Below, piece after piece: positions 37,198-47,976 of a stretch of DNA of 64,000 bases. Both the position numbers and the translations under genes were made by a program. Every line of letters starts with the position of its first letter. Position 1 is the first letter of the stretch. Origin of the DNA: Octopus vulgaris (lineage: Eukaryota); the NCBI GenBank assembly GCA_951406725.2, contig OX597843.1, positions 4,464,001-4,528,000 of the forward strand, written 5' to 3'. The notes beneath the pieces are model-generated. The model made no database searches, was not told where the DNA came from, and saw only the letters and a list, made by a program, of their open reading frames with translations.

Positions 37198-40100
37198 TCA
37201 TATAATCATTCTTTTTAGGATTGGTGACACTGAAATTACAGCTATAAATATTAAAATAATAGCATGTAGTTATTAGGTTAGATATATATATATATATATA
37301 TGATGATGATGATGATGATATATATGTACACATACACACGCATGCTTTTATATAAGAATTTTTTTAAAAATATTTCTTTCTCTGTGTTGCAGCCAAGTCG
37401 TTGGGCATTAGTGTGTTGTCTATGCAAGGAGCGCGTTGGAGCATGCATTCAGTGCTCAGTGAAAACCTGCAAGACAGCCTTCCATGTTACCTGTGCTTTC
37501 AACAACAACCTGGAGATGCGAACGATATTGGATGAATCTGATGTGGAGAGCGGAGTAAAATTAAAGGTACGTACAACTGGACATGTTCCTTTCTCTTCTC
37601 TTGTTGCGCTGCCAGATAATCTCTGTCCCTCTCCGAGCTTATTAACCTGTGTAAGGTACCTTTCAGTGGTGGACATCCTCTCTGCCTCTGTTCATCTTAG
37701 ACACAAGTGGTTGCGGTACCGATGGGGACGGTCTGGAAAAGGGAGCGCCATCTGGAGAGCAAAATGAAGAACATCTTGATACTCTCTGTCGCTCCAGTGG
37801 TTCGGTCTCTACCGTCTCCTGCCGACTGTACTGTCGTTGCGGCACTTTTTTGCTGAAAAAAAAAAACAGTTAATAGAAGAAATGAGAGAGGAGGAGGGAC
37901 GACTAACACTGTGTAATATGGTTTTGGTCCCTGGCTGGTAACTGTTATTTCCTGTGTGCTGACTCCTAGAAAGCATGAAAAATGGTCAATATTTCCTTCA
38001 AACTTTGCTTTTGTTATATTTATAACCTCAAAGAATCCCTCTCAAAACATGGCTGTTTTGCTCTCTCCCACCACTCTTGCTCATGATCAGAGATGTACAT
38101 ATTGTCAGGTACTAAGGGACATAAAATCTCAAGTGGTTACGGTCAAGCAACTGACAACCAAATCTGTTGTATTGAACAGAATATTTACTATAACGATATT
38201 TCTGTTTCGGCCACTCAGCATTGAATCAAAGATTTTCGGTAATCATGAGGTAGACCCAGGAAAACCTGGGACGAGGTGGTGAAGCACGACCTTCGAACTT
38301 TAGGTCTCACCAAGGAAATGACTAGAGACCGAGACCTATGGAAGTATGCTGTGTGTGAGAAGACCCGGCAAGACTAGTGAGGCCATAACCCGTGGCCCCT
38401 ACCTGGGACGTAGTCAGTCCACCTGTGCATACCTTCCTTCTTGTGACACTTGTGAAGACCTGTTGAGGCAAGTGAAAATCAAAATCAAACCAAATCAAAA
38501 TAGATGAACATCAATGGAATTTGTATCTTTGTGGTACCAGTGCAGGTGGCACATAAGAAAACCATCCAAACGTGGCCGTAGCCAGTACCGCATCGACTGG
38601 CCTCTGTGCTGTGGGCACGTAACAAACACCATCCGAGCGTGGCCGTCTGCCAGCCTCGTCTGGCACCTGTGTCGGTGGCACATAAGAAAACACCATCCGA
38701 GCGTGGCCGTCTGCCTGCCTCGTCTGGCACCTGTGTCGGTGGCACATAAAATCACCCACTACACTCTCGGAGTGGTTGGCGTTAGGAAGGGCATCCAGCT
38801 GTAGAAACACTGCCAGATCTGACTGGCCTGGTGCAGCCTTCAGGCTCCCCAGACCCCAGTTGAACCATCCAACCCATGCTAGCATGGAAAGTGGACGTTA
38901 AACGATGATGATGATGCATTATTCCATAGCTCTCAGATGTCCATCATCATCTGACATGGGTTGGATGGTTTAACCAAAGCTGGCAGGCAGGAGAGGTGCA
39001 CCAGGTTCCATTCTGATTCAGCATGGGTTTCTACATTTGGATGCCTTTCCTAAAGCCAACCACTTTACAGAGTGTGTTGGGTGCTTTTAATGCGACACCA
39101 GCACGAATGCTGTTATGTGCCACTGGCACACAACACTCGTTAGTCAGTTCTCTTAATTAGGAGTGGTAGGTTGGGCCCTTAACATTTCTGCTGGAGAGAA
39201 CAGGTCTTCTTGGGTACAGCAATATGATTGCTTATTTTTAGAACCACATTGTAGGTTAGGTGTGAGAAGCCGGATCTGGTCAGCTTGACCATAAAACAAG
39301 GTAAAATATTTTCTCCTGGACATGACTGGTTTAACCCTTTAGCATTTAAACCGGTCATATCCGGCCAAAAGTATTCTGCCTGTTTTATGGTCAAACTGGC
39401 CAGATCTGGTCTCTCACACCAACCCTACAATATTGTTTAAAAAATTAACAGCTACCTCATCAAAATCTCATAGCTACAAGATAATGCATGATTAGTTCAA
39501 AACTATTTGGATAAAAAAATAATTAATTTTGGCAGAATAATAAGGGTTAAAGGGCCAAAAGAGCTAAAAATACTAAGCTCAGCCCTAAAGACATTCTAAA
39601 AATGAACAGCTTCCTCATCCAAAATCTCAAAGCCACAAGATAATGCATGATTAGTTCAAAACAATGAGAATAAATAAGCATTAATTTTAGCGGAATAATG
39701 CAAACACTAAGGGTTTAAAGGGCCGAAAGAGCTAAGAATACCAAGCTCAGCCCTAAATACACTCGCTTATGTATATCACACTATATTTCTCCCTCTTTCC
39801 TTTGCTCCAGGCATATTGTCCTAAACACAGTAAAAAACGTGAACGCAGCCAAGCCGATTCCGAGTTGGAATCTCCCAGAAAAGAGATTGTAAACTGTCGT
39901 AAGGAACTCTCTGTAGAGGAGAAAGCCAATATGCGGGCTTCAAGGTAAGTTTTTTTTAAAAACTCCTACTTCATCATCATCATCATCATCGTTTAATGTC
40001 CGTTTTCCATGCTAGCATGAGTTGGACGGTTCGACCGGGGTCTGGGAAGCCAGGAGGCTGCACCAGGCTCTAGTCTGATCTGGCAGTGTTTCTACAGAAG

Positions 40101-43100
40101 GCAAAAGCAGGGGACCAGTTGAGAAGCAGTAAGGGGTAAATTAACCATTTGCTCTACAAGGATGATCTGAAGCGTTTTAGTAAAAATGAAAAAGAGATAA
40201 TTTCCTTAACCCCTTGACGCCGGTATTACCTGATATGGCAGCGATTTGGCAGAAACGTTAGCACGCCGGGCAAAATGCATAGCCGTATTTTGTCTGTCGT
40301 TACGTTTTGAGTTCAAACTCCGCCGAGGTCGACTTTGACTTTCATCCTTTTGGAGTCGATAAAATAAAGTACCAGTTTTGCACTGGGGTTGATGTAATCA
40401 ACTTAATCCGTTTGTCTGTCCTTGTTTGTTCCCTCTGTGTTTAGCCCCTTGTGGGTAGTAAAGAAATATATACTGAATATACGCAAACATTCACTTATTA
40501 TTCAGCTGAATCCATAGTGAGGATTAACCGGGAGGGCAAGGCAGTTTTCCTTTGCCTAGTGGCTGTAGCGAAAGAGGTGATATGGTGGACCCATTTGAAA
40601 GGGCTAAGGTCAGACACTTTCCTCTTTGGCCAAGGCCTCATCAAGATGAGAGTAGAGAGGGAAGTGATGTCTGGTAGCAAGTTTATTGAAAGGTGAGTGA
40701 ATGTCTGGAAGAATGGTCAGTATGAACGGACCAATTCTGAGGATACACCTGTGAGAATTAAAAGGTAATATAAAAGGAGAAAGGGGCTCTCTACCCACCT
40801 TTTGACCAGGCTCCCGTGGCTTTTATGGGTTAGATATTATGTAGTATAAAAAAAGTATTATAAAAGGAGAAAGGGGCTCTCTACCCCACTTTTGACCAGG
40901 CTCCCGTGGCTTTTATGGGTTAGATATTATGTAGTATAAAAAAGTATTATAAAAGGAGAAAGGGGCTCTCTACCCCCCTTTTGACCAGGCTCCCGTGGCT
41001 TTTATGGGTTAGATATTATGTAGTATAAAAAAGTATTATAAAAGGAGAAAGGGGCTCTCTACCCCACTTTTGACCAGGCTCCCGTGGCTTTTATGGGTTT
41101 TCTCACGAGTAACCCTTTCGAAGCGCCTCCCCCTATTGGGAGTTTTAATTGTTACTTATATTTTGTTGCCATCCTTTTTTTGTACATGGACCTTTTTCAA
41201 ACGGACAAAACCCTTTGTAACTTTCATCTTGTGTTTTGTCCCTTTATGTTTTAATTGATTTTCGTTAACCCTTGTGGCCAATAAACGAATTAATTATTAT
41301 AATTATTATTATTATTATTCTTTTTCTTTTGTAGACTAACTCAGCTTGACGAGGAGTTTTACACTCTGGTCAATGTGCGGGAGGTCTCTACAAAGTTCAA
41401 CATTGACTACGATGTTGTGGATTTGGTGTATGTCTACTGGAAGTTGAAGCGAAAGGTAGGTCATTGGAGATTGTTCTTGTTGTTATCATTCCCTGGTCAA
41501 CCCTGTTACGACACACCTGTTTAGTAATAGATATCTTAACGACAAATTAATACCTGAGAGGTAATATTTAATCATCACCCAAATGTGCATGCAGTGTTAG
41601 AACAAGCTATACTGCAAGAGAAAGCATGAGTGAACTTCTCATATTGGCTCTTGGTGTAAAATGCATTCTTGTTTATATTGCTAGTGGGGAGATAAATCCC
41701 CCACCATCTCCAGCGCTGAGACCACCGGATCATGTGATTTTTGACCTTCCTTGGTTTTGTCAATGATGAACACCCGACCGCTAGAGATAGCAGTGACTTA
41801 TCTCCCCTGCCAGTGATATCTCTATATATATAAACGGCAAAATGTCTGTTTGTGTGTGTGTCCTTTATACAAATCCACAATTTTTCAGTTAGAGGGCTTG
41901 CACTGTCTATGGTCATTCAAAACCGCCCAAGGGTGGTGGTGCACATCTTTACATTTCCCCAGTCACCCCACAAAGCCATTAAATATATATATATGAACAG
42001 CAAAATGTCTGTGTGTGCATGTCCTTTATACAAATCCACAATTTTTCAGTTAGAGGGCTCGCACTTTCTATGGCATTCAAAACCGTCCAAGGGTGGTCGT
42101 GCACATCTTTACATTTCCCCAGTCACCCCGCAAAGCCATTAAAAAATCAATTGAAGTGAATTTCTTGTGAATTTTCTATCCAAAACCCAATCAAAATGCC
42201 CTAAACTTGCTACGCCAATTGAATGCCAGCTAGCTGTATGTGATTAGTCGGAGATTTGGACAGTACTTGCGTGTATGTGTGCATGCCACCAGTGTTATCC
42301 AAGGGAAAGGCAAAGGGGCCGATACAGCTTGGCACCTGTGACATCGCAACTCATTTCTGCAGCTGAGTGAACTGGAGCAATGTGAAGTAAAGTGTCTTGC
42401 TCAAGAGAGGGATTACACAAGAGTAGGGAGCGGAAGAGAGGGGGCTGAGAGTGAAGAGTTGAGAGAGTGTCAAAGGTACTTTCTCTATCACACACACATT
42501 CTTATGTAATGTCTCTTTTTTTCCAGGCCAATTATGACCGGCCCCTATTGACACCTAAGCGAGATGAGGCAAGTCTCCTGGAGAGACAACAAGAAGATAG
42601 TCTTGCAGCTCGCATGAAGATGTTTGTCCATCTACGCCAGGATCTTGAAAGGGTAAGCATTTTCTTTAGATTATCTTTTGTTTCAGTCTTGAGTACAGGT
42701 GCCAGTAAGGTGGATATTTAAACAAAATTTTAATATTTTTACCTTTTGCTTAGTTTACCTGGATTTACCTGTAATTAGAGTCACTTTGAGTCAAAAGTTA
42801 TGCAACAGAATTTGATTAAGAACCCTTTCTTTAATTATGTTCCAAATACAGTCAACTCTCGCTACTATGCCACCCTGCGGGACTGAGCCAAAGTGGCATA
42901 GTACCGAGGGTCTGTTATCTAAACACTACGTAACCAAAAATTTACTGAACATATGAATAAAAATTCATAGGGTAGGAAGTAAGGCCAATAAGAAGTTCAA
43001 TGCAATGGTAAAAAGAAGACATCCAAGTTTATTAAGTTCAGATTGCTTTTAGTTAATCCCGAAGCTCTCAAAAATTGTCGGCTGACGCATCTTCTTTCGG

Positions 43101-46100
43101 CGGATTTCATTCATTTCATTGTCTAGCCTATCACACACCTTCATGACGCTGGGTTCTCCGCTGCTCTGCTGCTGCATAAACTTTCGGATAGTGCTCCATG
43201 CTCTCCAGGCATCTGCAAACGAAACGTATTCCTCTTCCACAATTACCTCGTCGTCTTCACTTTCCACCGGCTCTTCGTTATGCATTACCTCCTTTGCTAT
43301 TTCTTCTAGAGGGAAACATGTCGGACAATACAAGGGGCGGTAACTTGTATCAGATGTTACTAATGATACGAGGGGCCCGACAATAACGTTTTTCGCAGCA
43401 TCGATAATCTCCTTCTTTTCCTTCAGCGTAAACTCAGTCCGCTTGCGTTTCTGAGCTGACATTGTGTGCTACTTTCTGGACTTTTCCGCAAGATTTACAA
43501 ATACGAAATGTACAAAATGTAGGAGTACAAAATTTCGAAAAGTTGCATGCGCTTCAGTTTACAAGTGGCATAGTAAAAATTTTTTGTTTATTATTTGGCC
43601 GGGACCGCGCAAAACTGGCATAGTAGCGAGAGTTGACTGTATCACATTAATATATTGATAAGTATATGTTACAGTTGTTGAATGAAACTAGTCTAAATTC
43701 ACGATTATTTTAGCATTTAATTGAAACTCATGAGGGGTCTATTTTGGTCAGAAATATAGTAACGAAAGGGTTAATGCTTTGATAGGGTGGTGAGCTGGCA
43801 AAATGCTTAGTAGCATTTCATCTGCCTTTGTTATGTTCTGAGTTCAAATCCCGCCGAGGTCTAATTGGTTTTTCATCCATTTCGGGGTCAATGTAATTGA
43901 CTTAACCCTCTCCCCTATAATTGCTGGCCTTGTACCAAAATTTGAAACTAATACTCTTTTACTCGTTTCAGTCATTTGACTGCGGCCATGCTGGAGCACC
44001 GCTTTTAGTCGAGCAAATCGACCCCGGGACTTATTCTTTGTAAGCCCAGTACTTATTCTATCGGTCTCTTTTGCCGAACCGCTAAGTGACGGGGACGTAA
44101 ACACACCAGCATCGGTTGTCAAGCAATGCTAGGGGGACAAACACACACGCATATATACGACAGGCTTCTTTCAGTTTCCGTCTACCAAATCCACTCACAA
44201 GGCATTGGTCGGCCCGGGGCTATAGCAGAAGACACTCGCCCAAGGTGCCACGCAGTGGGACTGAACCCGGAACCATGTGGTTGGTAAGCAAGCTACTTAC
44301 CACACAGCCACACCTGCACCTATATATACGACGGGCTTCTTTCAGTTTCCGTCTACCAAATCCACTCACAAGGCTTTGGTTGGCCCGAGGCTATAGCAGA
44401 AGACACTTGCCCAAGGTGCCACACAGTGGGACTGAACCCGGAACCATGTGGTGGGTTAGCAAGCCACTTACCACACAGCCACTCCTGCATACATATATAC
44501 GACGGGCTTCTTTCAGTTTCCGTCTACCAAATCCACTCACAAGGCTTTGGTTGGCCCGAGGCTATAGCAGAAGACACTTGCCCAAGGTGCCACACAGTGG
44601 GACTGAACCCGGAACCATGTGGTGGGTTAGCAAGCCACTTACCACACAGCCACTCCTGCATACATATATACGACGGGCTTCTTTCAGTTTCCGTCTACCA
44701 AATCCACTCACAAGGCTTTGGTTGGCCCGAGGCTATAGCAGAAGACACTTGCCCAAGGTGCCACACAGTGGGACTGAACCCGGAACCATGTGGTGGGTTA
44801 GCAAGCCACTTACCACACAGCCACTCCTGCGCCTGTATTAAATTTTGATACATGTTCTTGTATTTAATTGTTTTTATCGTTGTTTTTTTTTCTTCTTCTT
44901 TTCTTTGCAGGTTCGTAACCTGTGTTATATGGTGAGTCGCCGGGAGAAGATGAAGCGTCACTATTACCGAGTGAAGGAGAGTGTGTTTCAAGCCCAAGTG
45001 GAACTACTCACCAGTGACAAACAACTGATGACCTCGCGGGAGGTGAACAAGATCCTTGCCAAATATGAAGACAACAGCATCTATAACGTGTTCCTTATGC
45101 AAGACCACGACCCCGACACGACAGTCCTGTCCGACTGGGGCATATCACGGGTAGGCTACGAAGACTTCATCAAGCGCCACTTGTCCTTTGGCGCCTCCGA
45201 CAGCAAACACCAGTCGGTCTACCGTAGCCCGCAGCGGACGCCGATGTCTGTGAAAGGGTGCGTGCGGAAGAAGGCGCGCCAATCTCCGTCCAGCGAGAAC
45301 AGTAAACGAGAAGGGATGCCGAAGTATGACATTAAGAAGTTGATCCCTCACAAGAACAAGGAGAACGCGAAGTCTGATGATGACGATGATGAGAGCCAGG
45401 GGTCCGGGGACAACGACGCCCCGGAGAACTTGCTCCCGAAACGGCAACCGACAAAGAAAATGATTAAGAGAACGATCGGCCCTTGTCGGAATGTTTTGAA
45501 GGATCGCAAGTGTTCCCTGCTGACGACACCGAACAAGACGAGCAGCGGTCGGAAGAGCAAATTGAAGAGCATCATCAAAGTTCATAAGTTGAAATTTGAA
45601 AAAAAGGCCCTGAAAAAGAAGCTGGCCGATAAATTCAGCCACAACCAGCATTTGTCGCAGAGATATCCGAAGTTCAAGATGATCGACTATCCGATATCGG
45701 ATGTGAAGGTCGAGAAAACGGAAGCTAACGAAAACAAGGACAAATCGAACGTATTGCTGGATGTGAGTGTCCACCAAAACAAGGGTGGCCCTGTTTTGAG
45801 CCTGAAACAAAGGCGCCGGTTCGGTCATCACAAAATGAAGCGGGAGAACTCGCAGCAGACGGATGACGTCCCGAGCCAGGACTCCGACGATGATGAACTG
45901 ACTCGGTACACCGTGACACCTTTGAAACCGACCGGCCACGTTTCGGAACGCATCAAGGCTGAATTGCATGGTCTGTTGGAGAAATCTAAGCTGTTGGTGC
46001 CTGAGAAATTGCGGGAGAATCTGCAGGATAAGTTATTGCAATCCAAGAAGATTCAGTGCTTCATGAGTAATTTACAAAAGAACTGCCATCCTCCCGATTA

Positions 46101-46386
46101 CAATTCCTCTTATTGGAGGTTTGCCAAAATGACGCGGAAGCACATCCAAGACTACCTCGCTGATGATTGCTCTGCTCTCGAGAACCAGGAAAACGGCACC
46201 GCCTCCTCCGTCTTCGACCGGTTGTCTTCGGGCCTCTTCAAATACGTTCACGACGATTGGTACGAGGGCGGCCACAACAGCGGCGTGGGCCCCGCGGACG
46301 ACTACAAGGCTCAGAAGTACGTTCCGACGTCCAACGGCAAGCAGACGCGGCTGTTGGGGGGCGAGGAACGACATCGACATCATCAT

Positions 46387-46421
<35 letters not shown>

Positions 46422-46944
46422 GAGGCATTTGAACAACTCTGATCACAGTAAAACCTGTCCAAGGTTGTCACTCGAGCGTCGAGTACGACGGAAGCTAAGC
46501 CACGATTTGGACGCTTGCCGGGTGAGTGACCCCTTGGTTAATTGCACTCCACTGCAGGAGAATTCATCTGAAACTCAAGCTGACATTGTGAGTAGTAGCA
46601 CTAGTAATAATAATAATAATAACAACAATAATAATAACAATAATAATAATAATAACACTGACACATTTAAAACTTGTCGACAAGCGACGCAGCCGCATGA
46701 GGGACCACACGACGACGAAGACTCTGAGAATATTGACCACAGTATATATGTTGACTCTTTCAGGCGACTCTCCGCGATTCCACGGCGAATCACTCGCAGC
46801 CTCACCACCGAATGGAACGGTGATGACGGCGGGGGCGAAAGCAGCGGCAAGTCATCTTCATCTTCATCTTCGTCAAAGCAGTTCCCCAAATCGAAGCCGG
46901 CCGAAGTGAGCAGGAGTTACCGCTCGCTGTCCACTTCCAGCTGA
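13789..46944 (+). CDS. Jade: Jade-family PHD finger protein (JADE1/2/3, PHF17, Drosophila rhinoceros homolog), 16 coding exons, about 1179 aa
   Basis: join(13789..13804,23733..23795,25542..25609,26443..26600,27582..27620,29043..29212,29364..29422,30654..30743,33047..33109,34467..34585,36350..36455,37393..37566,39811..39944,41335..41455,42527..42652,44911..46944) = 3540 nt, open frame, all introns GT-AG. Motifs [29 protein letters not shown], [17 protein letters not shown], [28 protein letters not shown] are diagnostic of JADE proteins. Vertebrate paralog number cannot be assigned. Confidence 0.93.
13950..15340. repeat. Minisatellite, about 10 copies of a 125-142 bp AT-rich unit
   Basis: CATATCTATGTCTTAATGTTTGAATAT recurs about every 140 bp; unit contains the hairpin GGGTACT-TGTAT-AGTACCC. 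Confidence 0.95.
15885..15993. repeat. (TCTA)n microsatellite
   Basis: Read directly. Confidence 0.95.
16628..17171. mobile_element. MITE, second copy of the 5533-5953 family
   Basis: Same long TIRs; internal (TG)n/(TATG)n expanded; an internal fragment also at 15341-15560. Confidence 0.8.
17239..17513. mobile_element. MULE-like MITE with 9-bp TSD
   Basis: TIRs GGCATCCCTTCGATATAACTCGAC / GTCGAGTTATATCGAAAGAATGCC; flanks AAAAAGTTT and GAAAAGTTT (8/9). Confidence 0.7.
17804..18190 (-). mobile_element. SINE family A, full length
   Basis: Reverse complement match. Confidence 0.85.
18608..19002 (+). mobile_element. SINE family A, full length
   Basis: Direct match to 4948-5360. Confidence 0.85.
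19163..21408 (-). mobile_element. 5'-truncated RTE-like LINE insertion with internal 103-bp array
   Basis: Minus strand encodes [33 protein letters not shown]; flanked by CTGTGCCTAA(T/C)GT at 19150 and 21409 (TSD). Confidence 0.8.
19338..21393. repeat. Tandem array, about 20 x 103 bp
   Basis: GGTTGGGTTCCAGATCAG at 19338, 19441, 19544 and onward with constant period. Confidence 0.97.
22095..22780 (-). mobile_element. Two fragments of RTE-like family D 3' UTR
   Basis: 22095-22365 and 22530-22780 match the reverse complement of 38450-38916. Confidence 0.7.
23077..23286. mobile_element. Tc1/mariner-type MITE
   Basis: TA|CAGGATGTCCTAGAAGTCGCGCACCATTCTGG and CCAGGATGGTGCGCAACTTCTGGAACACCCTG are imperfect inverted repeats. 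Confidence 0.75.
23733..23795 (+). CDS. Jade: Jade exon 2 ([20 protein letters not shown])
   Basis: TTGCAG|..|GTAAGT, phase 1-1; basic-then-acidic stretch like the JADE N-terminus. Confidence 0.8.
23877..24250 (+). mobile_element. SINE family C, near full length
   Basis: Near-identical to the reverse complement of 56965-57340. Confidence 0.8.
24355..24560 (+). mobile_element. SINE family B
   Basis: GAGTTCAAATTCCGCCGAGGTCGACTTTGCCTTTCATCC core; decayed copies follow at 24650-25055. Confidence 0.75.
25056..25470 (+). mobile_element. CR1-clade LINE 3' fragment (second family)
   Basis: [38 protein letters not shown], classic CR1 ORF2 tail, with an in-frame stop. Confidence 0.85.
25542..25609 (+). 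CDS. Jade: Jade exon 3 ([22 protein letters not shown])
   Basis: ATACAG|..|GTAAGT; KPAE joins LFRKDL as in JADE. Confidence 0.88.
26050..26348 (+). mobile_element. RTE-like family D 3' end with (GAT)n tail
   Basis: Matches 38560-38916; further pieces at 26935-27280 and 27830-28303. Confidence 0.75.
26443..26600 (+). CDS. Jade: Jade exon 4 (EPC-N/EPL1 region)
   Basis: [33 protein letters not shown]; AG/GT boundaries. Confidence 0.95.
27582..27620 (+). CDS. Jade: Jade exon 5, 39-nt microexon ([12 protein letters not shown])
   Basis: TTTCAG|..|GTAAGT, phase 2-2, open in frame. Confidence 0.75.
29043..29212 (+). CDS. Jade: Jade exon 6
   Basis: [27 protein letters not shown]; |GTAAGT donor. 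Confidence 0.92.
29364..29422 (+). CDS. Jade: Jade exon 7
   Basis: [19 protein letters not shown]; TGTAG|..|GTAAAT. Confidence 0.92.
29790..30577 (-). repeat. Tandem array of SINE-A heads, about 4.5 x 174 bp
   Basis: GTGGGACTGAA at 29821, 29994, 30168, 30342, 30519. Confidence 0.92.
30654..30743 (+). CDS. Jade: Jade exon 8 (start of PHD1)
   Basis: [30 protein letters not shown]. Confidence 0.96.
30775..31795. repeat. Four near-tandem copies of a 130-250 bp element fragment
   Basis: TCTTTTCGGTTTGACCGGCAGTTTT at about 30778, 31056, 31308, 31589; family not identified. Confidence 0.85.
31798..32112 (-). mobile_element. Two tandem SINE-A heads
   Basis: Duplicated head separated by (TA)n. Confidence 0.8.
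33047..33109 (+). CDS. Jade: Jade exon 9 (PHD1)
   Basis: [21 protein letters not shown]. Confidence 0.96.
33780..34195 (-). mobile_element. SINE family B, tandemly duplicated
   Basis: Same duplication pattern as 3064-3360; older decayed copies at 33385-33780. Confidence 0.75.
34467..34585 (+). CDS. Jade: Jade exon 10 (PHD1 end, Zn knuckle)
   Basis: [40 protein letters not shown]. Confidence 0.96.
34902..35604 (-). mobile_element. Non-autonomous Helitron-like element with internal about 195-bp tandem repeat
   Basis: Minus strand starts TCTATATATAAAG and ends CCCGAGCAATGCCAGG..CTAG|T; 5' part also at 25845-26035 (+). Confidence 0.65.
35798..36189 (-). mobile_element. SINE family A, full length
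   Basis: Reverse complement match. Confidence 0.85.
36350..36455 (+). CDS. Jade: Jade exon 11
   Basis: [35 protein letters not shown]. Confidence 0.96.
37393..37566 (+). CDS. Jade: Jade exon 12 (PHD2)
   Basis: [40 protein letters not shown]. Confidence 0.96.
38247..38916 (+). mobile_element. RTE-clade LINE 3' end (family D) with ORF2 tail, repetitive 3' UTR and (GAT)n tail
   Basis: [35 protein letters not shown] is an RTE/BovB-type C-terminus. Confidence 0.85.
39335..39546. mobile_element. piggyBac-like MITE with TTAA TSD
   Basis: TTAA|CCCTTTAGC...TAAGGG|TTAA. Confidence 0.8.
39811..39944 (+). CDS. Jade: Jade exon 13
   Basis: AYCPKHS completes PHD2; |GTAAGT donor. Confidence 0.94.
40495..41318 (+). 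mobile_element. Tx1/L1-like LINE 3' fragment
   Basis: [19 protein letters not shown] resembles the fragment at 59299-59547; ends AATAAA plus (ATT)n. Confidence 0.55.
40771..41100. repeat. Tandem array, about 3.7 x 89 bp
   Basis: TAAAAGGAGAAAGGGGCTCTCTACC at 40771, 40861, 40950, 41039. Confidence 0.95.
41335..41455 (+). CDS. Jade: Jade exon 14
   Basis: [22 protein letters not shown]. Confidence 0.95.
41819..42290 (+). mobile_element. Helitron-like 5' fragment, internally duplicated (about 160 bp x2)
   Basis: A|TCTCTATATATATAAACGGC start; no 3' CTAG end found. Confidence 0.4.
42527..42652 (+). CDS. Jade: Jade exon 15
   Basis: [25 protein letters not shown]. Confidence 0.96.
42849..43639 (-). 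mobile_element. Tigger/pogo-family DNA transposon, internally deleted
   Basis: Perfect 24-bp TIRs CAGTCAACTCTCGCTACTATGCCA, TA on both sides; ORF 43049..43462 has a CENP-B-type N-terminus ([16 protein letters not shown]) and a Tigger-type C-terminus ([12 protein letters not shown]). Confidence 0.88.
43953..44835 (-). mobile_element. SINE family A with head amplified to 4 x 171 bp
   Basis: GTGGGACTGAA at 44255, 44426, 44597, 44768; a single 3' body at 43953-44150. Confidence 0.9.
44911..46944 (+). CDS. Jade: Jade terminal exon 16 (677 codons plus stop)
   Basis: TTTGCAG|[13 protein letters not shown]; ORF 44845..46944; low-complexity tail with polyQ, polyN, polyS. Confidence 0.93.
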
Positions 46945-47113
46945 AGTATAACTCTGTATGTATGTATGTACGTTATGAAGTAATACCACCACCATCGGTT
47001 TTCTGGTATGTTTTTTGTTGGTGTTGGTTCCTGGAATATGGCCAAACGGTCCTGGTTTCACTTCTGGCACTTGTCTTCTGCCATACCCTGGGGTGTGTTC
47101 GGGCCATAGAGTG

Positions 47114-47502
<389 letters not shown>

Positions 47503-47522
47503 ACCCCACACACACACCTATC

Positions 47523-47918
47523 ATCTTTTACTTGTTTCAGTCATTAGACTGCGGCCATGCTGGAGTAGCACCACCTTGAAGAATTACCGGTCAACTAAAT
47601 CAACCCTCGTAAAATTTTTATTGTTAAGCCTGAAAACTTATTCTATTAATCTCTTTTGCCGAACCGCTAAGTTACGGGGGACATGAACTCATCAACACCA
47701 GTTGTCAAGTTGTGGTGGGGGGGTGACAGGCAGGAAAGACACACACACACACACACGTGTATATAGACAGATATGCAACGGGCTTCTTTTAGTCTCCATC
47801 TACCAAATCCACTCACAAGGCTATAGTAGATAATGCTTGCGTAAGGTGCACCAAGTGGGACTGAACCCAAAACCATGTGGTTGCAAAGCAGACTTCTTAC
47901 CACACAGCTATGCCTGCG

Positions 47919-47976
<58 letters not shown>

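Noticed and set aside
30654-39944. BRPF1/AF10 assignment for the PZP domain
   Set aside because: No bromodomain or PWWP exons; flanking motifs are JADE-specific.
45145-45969. 274-aa antisense ORF
   Set aside because: Shadow ORF of the GC-rich Jade terminal exon; no recognisable motif.
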